Source: Cetorhinus maximus
Taxonomy: Eukaryota
Assembly: GCF_964194155.1 (NCBI RefSeq)
Contig: NC_135909.1
Location: 2,356,001-2,420,000, forward strand
Length of the DNA: 64,000 nucleotides
Direction: 5' to 3'
The notes under the pieces are model-generated. The model ran no database searches and had not been told where the DNA came from. It saw only the letters and a program-made list of their open reading frames with translations. The position numbers were made by a program, and so were the translations under genes. This document shows, one piece after another, positions 38,816 through 49,060 of the stretch (position 1 is its first letter; each line of letters starts with the position of its first letter).

Positions 38816-41457
38816 TTACACCATAGAGGGACAGGAACTGGCATCTTGATTTGGAGGGACATAATGACGTGGGGCAGGATATGGCGAGTGCGTTTTAATG
38901 TTCGCCTTCAGCCGAGCAGTGGCCAAGACAGGGGGTGTGTGTCTCAGACCAAACTGAACATTCGTTCCCGGGATGGGTGTTTTTAACAGGCCAGGCTGGG
39001 GACTTCCCCTCTGGGTGGGGGTATTTAGCAGGCCGGGTTGGGCACCCATTCTCAGGGTGGGGGTATTTAACAGGCCGTTTCGGGCATTCATTCCCAGAGC
39101 GGGGGTATTTAACAGGCCGGACTGTGCACTCGTTCTCAGGTTGGGTGTTTTTAACAGGCCTGATTGGGCACTCATTCTTGGGACGGGTGTTTTTAATGCG
39201 CCTGATTGGGCACTCGTTCCCGAGGCGGGTGTTTTTAATGCGCCTGATTGGGCATTCGTTCCCGGGCTGGGTGTTTTTAACACGCCTGATTGGGCACTCG
39301 TTCCCGGGCTGGGTGTTTTTAACACGCCTGATTGGGCACTCGTTCCCGGGCTGGGTGTTTTTAACGCGCCTGATTGGGCACTCGTTCCCGGAGCGGGTGT
39401 TTTTAACGCACCTGATTGGGCATTCGTTCCCGGAGCAGGTGTTTTTAACGCACCTGATTGGGCACTCGTTCCCGGGGCGGGTGTTTTTAATGCACCTGAT
39501 TGGGCACTCGTTCCCGGAGCGGGTGTTTTTAACGCGCCTGATTGGGCACTCGTTCCCGGAGTGGGTGTTTTTAACGCGCCTGATTGGGCACTCGTTCCCG
39601 GAGCGGGTGTTTTTAACGCGCCTGATTGGGCACTCGTTCCCGGGGCGGGTGTTTTTAACGAGCCTGATTGGGCACTCGTTCCCGGAGCGGGTGTTTTTAA
39701 CGAGCCTGATTGGGCACTCGTTCCCGGAGCGGGTGTTTTTAACAAGCCTGATTGGGCACTCGTTCCCGGAGCGGGTGATATCAACGGGCTGGAATGGGCA
39801 CGTGTTCCCGGGCTGCGAGTTTTTAACAAGCCGGATCGAGCACGCTCTCTAAGAGTGGGGGTATTTAACAGGCCGGAGTGTGCGCTCATTCGCAGAGCGG
39901 GGGTATTAAACAAGCCGGATTGGGCACTCTCTCCCGGAGCGGGGGTATTTAACAGGCCGGACTGTGCACTCATTCGCAGAGCGGGGGTATTAAACATGCC
40001 GGATCGGGCACTCTCTCCCAGAGCAGGGGTATTAAACAGGCCGGACTGTGCACTCATTCGCATGGCGGGGGTATTTAACAGGCCGGACTGTGCACTCATT
40101 TGCAGAGCGGGGGTATTTAACAGGCCGGACTGTGCACTCATTCGCAGAGCAGGGGTATTTAACAGGCCAGACTGTGCACTCATTCGCAGAGCAGGGGTAT
40201 TTAACAGGCCGGACTGTGCACTCATTCGCAGAGCAGGGGTATTTAACAGGCCGGACTGTGCACTCATTCGCAGAGCAGGGTTATTTAACAGGCCGGACTG
40301 TGCACTCATTCGCGGAGCGGGGGTATTTAACAGGCTGGACTTTGCACTCATGCCCAGAGCAGGGGTATTTAACAGGCCAGATTGGGTACTCTCTCCCAGA
40401 ACAGGGGTATTAAACAAGCCAGATCGGGCACTCATTCTGAGAGTAGGGGTATTTAACTGGCCAGACTGTGCACCCATTCCCAGAGCAGGAGCATTTAACA
40501 GGCTGGACTGTGCGCCCATCTTGAGAGCGGGGGTATTTAACAGGCAGGACCGTGCACTCATTCCCAGGGCGGGGGTGTTTAACAGGCCGGATTGGGTACT
40601 CTCTCCCAGAGTGGGGGTATTTAACAAGCCAGATCGTGCACCCATTCCCAGAGTGGGAGTATTTAACAGGCCAGACTGTGCACCCATTCCCAGAGCGGGA
40701 GTATTTAACAGGCCAGACTGTGCACCCATTCCCAGAGCGGGAGTATTTAACAAGCCGGACCGTGCACTAATTCCCAGCACAGGAGTATTTAACAGGCCAG
40801 ACTGTGCACCCATTCCCAGGGCGGGAGTATTTAACAGGCCGGACTGTGCACCCATTCCCAGAGCGGGAGTATTTAACAAGCCGGACCGTGCACTCATTCC
40901 CAGGGCGGGGGTATTTAACAAACCGGATCTGGCCCTTTTGGCGGGGGTAGGTTTATCCTGCGGCATTTTCCTCTTTATGGGTTTCCTGTTTTCCAGCTTT
41001 GAGGCAGGAGTTCGAGGGAGGCGGACACGGTGGTACAGGGAGCTGCTTTTGGCGAGAATCGATGTGAATTGCCGCTGGAACCGGCTGCCCCCGTGCATGC
41101 AGTGGGTGGGTACAGGCTGAGAGCGAGGCAGAGCTTTGGGGCAGAGCTGCTCATAATAATCGACGTAGTGCTTGGCAGCCTTGTCACGTCCATAGTCCGG
41201 GGGACAGCGAGGGTAACATGGCGTTTGCTGGCCATACCTAACTAGGGAATCACCTGGTGCCCAAGTGCATTCTGCGGCCTGGTGGCTTGGTCTTCCACAC
41301 CGCTGACAACTTTCCACCACACCGCTGGCAGATTGTGGCATGGTGCTCGCTTTGGAAGGCAGAGCGCTAATCTTCTTCCCCCTGAAGTCAGCAAGATCCA
41401 TCTTGTTAATGGCTTTCAGTGCTTCCTCCTCAGGGTCCCTGTGTGCAAACGCATAAT
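38816..41457 (-). CDS. RBM14/RBM4-exon-2-derived protein: C-terminal half RRM, CCHC zinc knuckle, NLS-like motif and about 48 x 14-aa repeats (861 aa from ATG 41401, plus 18 open codons upstream)
   Basis: (CT)n-cag acceptor, then AT TAT GCG TTT = (D)YAFAHRDPEEEALKAINKMDLADFRGKKI...CQRCGRPSHQAAEC, colinear with exon 2 at 48568. The frame stays open for 2.6 kb. Confidence 0.8.
38930..40935 (-). repeat. 42-bp coding tandem repeat (SAQSGLLNTPALRM / SAQSGALKTPAPGT)
   Basis: Diverged units with strict 42-bp periodicity and no frameshift. Confidence 0.95.
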
Positions 41458-41465
41458 CTGAGAGA

Positions 41466-41507
<42 letters not shown>

Positions 41508-41619
41508 AGGAGGTTTAATTAAATGTCAGCTCACTGGGCATGTGAAACTGCGCCAAGATTTGACCCTTGTTCTCTGACTGGTTTGGGACGATAATCTTTT
41601 GCTCAGCCTTCATAAAGCA

Positions 41620-44575
41620 CTGGTCTGATCAGAGCTGGAGCGCTCTGTCAAACTCTGGGCATCACACTTCAGGAATGACAAGGCCTTGGAGAACGTTCAG
41701 AGGAGATTTGCTCAAATGATCTCGGGGGTGGAGGGGGGGCGGGTGGCGGTGAAGGAAATTTATGAGGAGAGAGTAGATTTACCAGAGTGAATCGTCAACT
41801 CCAAGGATTAAGCTACAAGGAAAGAAGACACAAGCTAAGGGTGTATTCCTGGAATTTAGCAGGGAAAGGGATGCTTTGGTTGTAGTTTTTGAGATATGAA
41901 GGGGGACAGAGAGAGAGAGAGAAACTAGTTCCGTTAGTTGGAATGTGTAAAAGTAAGAGCCAGACCTTTCAGGAGTGAGATTAGGAAACACTTCCACACA
42001 CAAAGGGTGGGGGAAGTTTGGAAGCGGCAATTAACGATGGATTAATTTTTAATTTTAAATCTCAAGAATTGCCGATTTGCAGTAACCCTTTTGCATTAAG
42101 GGATAAGGGGCAAAAGTGAGTCCTTTATTTTATTCCTCATGGGGTGTGGGTGTCGCTGGCAAGGCCAGCATTTGCTGCCCATCCCTAATTGCCGCTTGGA
42201 CTGAGTTGCTTGCTAGGCCATTTCGGGGGTCTGGAGTCACGTGTAGGCCGGACCAGGTAAGGACGGCAGATTTCCTTACCTGAAGGACATTAGTGAACCG
42301 GGTGGGTTTTTACAACAATCAATGATAGTTGCCGTGGTCACCATTACTGAGACTGGCTTTCAGTTCCAGATCTTATTCATTGAATTTAAATTCCACCAGC
42401 TGCTGTGGCGGGATTCGAACCCCTGTCCCCAGGGCATTAGCCTGGGCCTCTGGGATTGCTAGTCCAGTGACATAAGCAAAGCGTCACCGTCTCCCCCATA
42501 GATATATGGAGCTAGGCTGCAGGTCAGTCATGTTCGTACCGAATGGCAGCAGAACAACCTCAATGGGCAGAATGGCCTCCTCCTGTCCCTATGGAGAAAC
42601 TGGGATCGCTCACCTTAAAAGCAGGGAAGGCTAGGGAGAGATTTAAAAGATGGGCTCGACGTTATGATGAGATTTGGAAAGGTCGGGCGGTTGGGTCGGG
42701 GGAGAACCTGTTTCCAGACAGGAACCAGAGGACAGATTTAAGAAAAGCAACTAAAGAACCAGAGAGTTTTTTTTTTTGTTAAATGCAATGTGTTGCTGTG
42801 AACTGGAATGCACTGCCTGAAAGGCCCAGGAGGGCAGCTAATGCATGCATTTCACACTCTCCAGAGGTCTGGTCAATAGCAACTTCAAAACCCAATGAAA
42901 GTGGAGTCAGGGTTGGCCATGTAGGTCATTAGGTAGGAGGCCAAGAAGGCATATGGGAAACTTACCTTTATGAGCTGAGGCATAGAATGGAACAGCTGGG
43001 AGGTAATGCTGGAACTTGGGTCACCATTGACCAGAAACTGAACTGGACCAGCCATATAAATATGGTGACTAAAAGAGCAGGTCAGAGGCTGGGAATCCTG
43101 TGGCGAGTAACTCACCTCCTGACTCCCCAAAGCCTGCCCACCATCTACAAGGCACAAGTCAGGAATATGATGGAATACTCTCCACTTGCCTGGGTGAGTG
43201 CAGCTCCCACAAACACTCAAGAAGCTTGATAGCATCCAAGGCAAAGCATCCCACTTGAGTGGCACCCCATCCACAAACATTCACTTCCTCCACCACTGAC
43301 GCACAGTGGCAGCAGTGTGTGTACCATCTACAAGACGCACTGCAGAAACTCACCAAGGCTCCTTCAGCAGCACCTTCCAAACCCATGACCACTACCATCT
43401 AGAAGGACAAGGGCAGCAATCACTCACCATCCTAGCTTGGAACTATATCGCCATTCCTTCACCATCGCTGGGCCAAAATTCTGGAACTCCCTCCTAAGCG
43501 GCACTGTTCTTATCTTAAACCTATGTTCCTGGTTTTGGAGCCCTCACCTAAGGAGACCAGAGCCTTCCTATCTTCTCTATCTAGAGCCGTCTAAATGTTA
43601 TGCACTCTAATTATGTCACCCCTCAGCTTCCTCTGTTCCAAAGAAAACAACTGGAACCTATTCAATCTTTCCTCATATCTAACATTCTCCAGTCCAGGCA
43701 ACATCCTTGTAAATCTCCTCTGGACCCGACCTGGTACATTCACATCTTTCCTATAGAGCAGTTCCCAGGACTGCACACAGCACTCCAGCTGTGGCCTAAC
43801 TCATCTTTTACACAGATTTTAAAAAATTCATTCATGGGTGTCGCTGGCTAGGCCAGTATTTAATGCCCATCCCTAAGTGCCCTTGAGAAGGTGGTGGTGA
43901 GCCACCTTCTTGACCCACTGCAATCCATGTGGTATAGGCACACACCCACAGTGCTGTTAGAGAGGGAGTTCCAGGATTTTGACCCTGTGACATTGAAGGA
44001 ACGGTGATATATTTCCAAGTTAGTATGGCAAGTGGCTTGGAGGGGAACTTTCAGGTGGTGCTGTTCCCCTGTATCCGCTGCCCTTGTACTTGTGGTTGGT
44101 AGACGGTGCAGAGGAGATTCACCAGGATGTTGCCTGGGCTGGAGCGTTTCAGATACGAAGAGAGACTAGATAGGCCAGGGTTGTTTTCCTTAGAGCAGAG
44201 AAGGCTGAGAGGGGACCTGATAGAGGTATACAAAATTATGAGGGGCATAGATAGGGTAGATAGAAAGAAACATTTCCCCATTACGGAGGTATCAATAACC
44301 AGGGGGCACAGGTTTAAGTTAAGGGGCAAGCGTTTAGAGGGGATTTGAGGGAAATTTTTTTCTCCCAGAGGATGGTTGGAATCTGCTGCCTGAGGGGTGG
44401 TAGAGACAGGAACCTTCACAGTATTTAAGAAGTATTTAGATGAGCACTTGAAACACCATAGCATACAGGGCTACGGGCCAAATGCTGGAAAATGGGATTA
44501 AAATAGATAGTTGCTTGATGGCTGGCACAGACACGTTGGGCCGAAGGGCCTGTCTCTGTGTAGTATAACTCTATG
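41620..44575. mobile_element. Mosaic of LINE/SINE fragments (CR1 3' ends on both strands, CR1/L2-type fragments, SINE) filling the intron of the minus-strand RBM paralogue
   Basis: QRRFTRMLPGLE-type ORF pieces at 43591-43776 and 44106-44348; LNWTSHIN/RVTHLLTP piece at 43010-43400; SINE at 42125-42490. Confidence 0.75.
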
Positions 44576-44859
44576 AGATGGCGAGTTTGGAAGGTGCTGT
44601 CAATTGAAAATTTCAAAATAGATCTTCCACACAAAAAAAATGGATTCTTGCTCATTTAATAAATCTAATTATTGCCAGCCCAGTGTATTAAAGGGAGCCA
44701 AGGCCTGTGAACGGGGTTATGATTCACAGCGGGTTTCAATGATTGAATGGCAAAACAGGCTCCTCCCAAGGGGCAATGGCGGCTGGCGCCCGCTGCCTGT
44801 GACGTCACCATGAAACCCCTCTATCCACCGGGAGGGGGCGGGACGAACCGACCTCTCAC

Positions 44860-45060
44860 CTTTGACTCGGTCTCTCGGGCCTGACACCCCGAAAGGGGTC
44901 TCCTTGAAGCTCCTGTTGTCCAGCGGCGGGGACCGTGGCCTTAACTGACTGTCCGGCTTCGGGAAGAAGGAGGGCGGGTCGCTCGATCACGTTCGCATTC
45001 TCTCATGCACGCCAGGGACCGCGAAGAGGACTCAAAATGGCCGCCACCCCGTGGCGGCGC
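44860..45060 (-). other. Candidate first exon of the minus-strand RBM paralogue (5' boundary approximate)
   Basis: Ends ...CGA GTC AAA G|gtgaga, the same VK-G phase-1 junction as plus-strand exon 1. The frame is open for 42 codons back to TGA 44989-44987 with no ATG. Confidence 0.55.
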
Positions 45061-45464
45061 TGCCCCGCCTCCTTGAGCGACAGCCCGCCGTACCAATCGG
45101 AGCGCCCGTCGGCCCCTTCCCTGCAGGGGCGGCTGCCAATCAGAGGGCGGTATGTGTGACATCCCCTTCCGGTGGGCGGAACGGCGTAGGCGGCGGGGCC
45201 CCGCCTCCCTCGAGCGGAAGTGGGGTGGCAGGCCCTGAGGAGGAGGAACGCGTCGGCTGATTGGCCACACGTCGGCCAGGCCGGCTGCGATTGGTCAGAG
45301 GGGCCGTCAGTCAATAATGAAGGCGGCCTTTCCCCTTCCCTCCCCGCTCGGACGAACGGTCAGGACCGGCGCCATTTTGTGGAAGCCCCGTGAGGTGATT
45401 CGGAGGGGGGGCGGGGAGAGAGCGAGAGAGAAATCGATTAGAACCGAGAGGGGAGGGGGCAAAA
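45030..45464. promoter_or_regulatory. CpG-island bidirectional promoter
   Basis: YY1-like CAAAATGGCCGCC 45033-45045; CCAAT 45093 and 45136; ETS CTTCCGG 45166 and GCGGAAGTG 45214; ATTGG 45260 and 45290; YY1-like GCGCCATTTTG 45369-45379; several GC boxes. Confidence 0.8.
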
Positions 45465-45795
45465 ATGAAGATCTTCGTGGGGAACATACCGAGCGACGGC
45501 ACGGTGGACGAGCTGCGGACCCTGTTCGAGTACTACGGCACGGTGCGGGAGTGCGACATCATCCGGCATTACGGCTTCGTGCATATGGAGAGCGCCGAGG
45601 AGGCGAACCAGGCCATTGCCGCGCTCAACCAGTACGAGCTGCACGGCCAGAAGCTCAACGTGGCTGAGTCGCGGCCCCGGCCCGCCGCCGTCACCAAGGT
45701 CTACGTCGGCAACCTGGCGCCCGGCTGCAGCAACCAGGAGCTGCGGGCCAAATTCGAGGAGTACGGCCGGGTGCTGGAGTGCGACATCGTCAAAG
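45465..45795 (+). CDS. RBM14: RBM14/RBM4-family gene exon 1 (RRM1 and first half of RRM2)
   Basis: MKIFVGNI...YGFVHM...SRPRP...KVYVGNL...ECDIVK G|gtgatg. The MKIFVGN start and the intron position are RBM14-like; the symbol is tentative versus RBM4. Confidence 0.85.
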
Positions 45796-45859
45796 GTGAT
45801 GGCGGCCGATAGACAGGGCTTTCCCGGTGACGTCAGCGCAGCACGCAGCCCCCCCCCCC

Positions 45860-46870
45860 CCTCCCCATTCATCATCTTCATCATCCCCCCCCCATTCATC
45901 ATCTTCATCACCCCCCCATTCATCATCTTCATCACCCCCCCCATTCATCATCTTCATCACCCCCCCATTCATCACCACCACTCCCCCCATTCATCATCTT
46001 CATCACCCCCCCATTCATCATCTTCATCACCCCCCCATTCATCATCTTCATCACCCCCCCATTCATCATCTTCATCACCCCCCCATTCATCATCTTCATC
46101 ACCCCCCCATTCATCATCTTCATCACCCCCCCATTCATCATCTTCATCACCCCCCCATTCATCATCTTCATCACCCCCCCATTCATCATCTTCATCACCC
46201 CCCCATTCATCATCTTCATCACCCCCCCATTCATCATCTTCATCACCCCCCCATTCATCATCTTCATCACCCCCCCATTCATCATCTTCATCACCCCCCC
46301 ATTCATCATCTTCATCACCCCCCCATTCATCATCTTCATCACCCCCCCATTCATCATCTTCATCACCCCCCCATTCATCATCTTCATCACCCCCCCCATT
46401 CATCATCTTCATCACCCCCCCCCATTCATCATCTTCATCACCCCCCCATTCATCATCTTCATCACATCCCCATTCATCACCACCCCCCCCCCTATTCACC
46501 ATCACCACCCCCCCCATTCACCATCACCACCCCCCCGTTCACCATCACCACCCCCCCGTTCACCATCACCACCCCCCCCGTTCATCATCACCACCCCCCC
46601 GTTCATCATCACCACCCCCCCGTTCATCACCACCCCCCCATTCATCATCACCCCCCCCCCCCATTCACCATCATCACACCCCCCCCATTCACCATCATCA
46701 CCCCCCCCACCCCAATTCATCATCATCTACCCCCTGTTTATCATCATCGCCCCCCCCACCCCGTTCATCTTCATCATCATCAACCCCCCCCCCGTTCATC
46801 ATCATCAACTCCCACCCCCCCCCCCCCAAACACCACCTCATTCATCATCACACACCACACACACACACAC
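45860..46870. repeat. 24-bp tandem repeat CCCCCCCATTCATCATCTTCATCA decaying into CAT/CAC-rich low complexity
   Basis: Direct reading; it starts about 65 nt after the exon 1 donor. Confidence 0.95.
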
Positions 46871-48137
46871 CCCCCATCCCACCCATTTTGAGGAGACAGG
46901 AGGATGTTCAGCCCACTCCTGTACCCATTAGGGTGGCAGGAGGCCATTCAGTCCCGTCGCCCCCCCACCCCCGAATTGGGGCAACAGGAGGCCATTCTGT
47001 CCTCCCCCCCCTGCCCCCTTGTATTGGGGCAGCAGGATGCCATTTAGCCCCCCCCCCCCCCCCCACCACCAATCTCCTGACTCTTCTTCAAAACAGCAGC
47101 TGTGGGATCCTTCATGTCCTCCGGATGGGGTCTTAGATTTTTTTAAGCATCCCATCCGCGAGACACCGCCTCCCTCAGTACTGCTGAGAGAGGTTGTGGA
47201 GAGATGAGTCAGAACGTAAATCTGGGAGTGTGGGAAGAAATTTCTGTCTTTCCTGTTTTATTTTTTCACACACAATCCTCCATCTAGGACTGTGGGGATT
47301 TGTCTAGACACCAGCATATCATGGATGTAAATCCCCATTTTCTGCGGTTGAACCTTCACTTTCGAACATCTTACATCCCCCCCAATGGCACCAACTCATG
47401 CAGTTCTGTCACTGCTGGGTTTGGCCAACCCTCGTGTGACCCCGCATGGTGCGACTTGACAAACCGTTCGCCCGGGGAGCAGGCCGCGACTAAATTTACC
47501 TTGTCGGCGCTGACGCAAATCTGCTTTCTGGCCAGTGGCCGAAAAGTCGCCGGATAGCCGAACGCAGTCCTGTGCGCGCACGTGCACTTCCAAGGTTTTA
47601 GGCGCGTTGGCGGCCACCAAAATGGCAATCGCTGGCAGCAGTTCTGGCTGAGTGTCCCATCCTGAGCTGATGGAAGCCGAAGCTCGTGGTGGCAGCCAGG
47701 CTCCCAGTCCCCCTGAGACTGGCATTTTCCTGATCGGTATGGCCCAGCGACGCTGGTTCAGAAAACCGAGACTCCGTCCTAAACGTTTTGCGTTAGCTCC
47801 CGACAATTCCTCTTCGTTTGGGTCTGGAGACGCGAACCTCCGGCCTTGGTTGCAGAAGCCGGATAATTGGGATCAAGTCCTTTTGTTGGAAAAAGTGTTG
47901 GCTGGCTGTTTAAGAACAGGCTGCAGAAGGAATTGCCACAATTCAATGACATTACAAAGAGTTTCCAGTAAGGAAACAGGCCCAGAAGTAAGTTTGACAA
48001 TTTATATAAGGGAGCGTGTGCGATAATGATAGACTTAGTATAAAGCTGGTGAGACAGAAGAACAATTTGAACCTTTTCCGACAAGGATATAATGGTTTTT
48101 CTAAATCCAATGACCCTGAATTGTATATATATTTTTT

Positions 48138-48310
48138 AAAAAGCAAAGAAGTATTGCAGATGCTGGAAGTCTGAAATAGAGGAAAGAAAATGCTGGAAAT
48201 ACTCAGCAGGTCTGGCAGCATCCAGGGAGAGAAAGAGAGTTAACATTAAACTTTGTTTCGCTCCACAGATCCTGCTGAGTACTTGCAGCAATTTTTTATT
48301 TTTAACTTTG
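48138..48310. mobile_element. Degraded Penelope-like inverted fragment
   Basis: GCTGGAAATACTCAGCAGGTCTGGCAGCATC followed by inverted TCCACAGATCCTGCTGAGTA; same family as 1484-1786. Confidence 0.6.
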
Positions 48311-48567
48311 TGACCATGGGTTGTGTTTATGTAGAACATTACAACGATCGGCCCAACGCCACACCAGCCTCCTCTCACCCTTTCAGAATATTCTCTCTTC
48401 CATATTCCCTCGTGCTTATCTAACTTCCCCAGAAAGGTTAGTGGGCACCGTGTGAAACGGTGTCTCAGCGTCAGGTATGGCTCCCCTCCATTAGTTTGCC
48501 AGCACCAGGGCAAGTACGTAAGGCCCTGTTACCGTGACGTTTAAACTATACTCTTTTCGCTCCACAG

Positions 48568-49060
48568 ATTACGCCTTTGTGCACATGGAGAAGGAGGAAG
48601 ACGCCGTCCAAGCGATTACCAACCTGGACGAGAAGGAATTCAACGGGAACAAGCTCAGGGTGCAGCTCTCCCGGTCGACCTACGGGAAATCTGGTGGGCA
48701 ACGGGATGTCTGCCAGCGCTGTGGAAGGCAGGGGCACCAGGCGCGAGATTGCCACTCGGCGCGCTATAATCAGTACAGCCAGTACCAGTTCCAATCCCAA
48801 TATTACCCCTCTTACTATTCGTATTACGACTACGACTATGGCCACGGCTCCTATTACGACTATTACGAAGATTACCAGGCCGCGGGCGCCGCCGCAAGTT
48901 ACACGCCGCTCGATTACGTGAGGGAGAGGAGTCCAAACCGCCTAAGCACATCTGCGGCGGCGGCGGCCAACAGCTGCACCCTGTACGAACGCACCCGTCT
49001 GTCGCCACTCACTGTGCCAAAATATCAGAACGAGAAATTCATAGACGATAGCATCAGTAG
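48568..49060 (+). CDS. RBM14: RBM14/RBM4-family gene exon 2 (rest of RRM2, CCHC knuckle CQRCGRQGHQARDC, Tyr-rich segment, YERTRLSP)
   Basis: Acceptor ttttcgctccacag|AT TAC GCC TTT; donor AGTAG|gtatgt in phase 2. Confidence 0.88.

Noticed and set aside
38935-41120. Plus-strand 715-aa and 305-aa ORFs
   Set aside because: They are antisense shadows of the 42-bp repeat; homology, splice acceptor and knuckle are all on the minus strand.
45260-45272. ERSE-II-like ER-stress element (ATTGG followed by CCACACG)
   Set aside because: It does not match ATTGG-N-CCACG; treated as a plain CCAAT box.
45616-47136. 506-aa Pro/His/Ser-rich ORF and overlapping frames
   Set aside because: Out of frame with the RRM exon and explained by the 24-bp intronic repeat.
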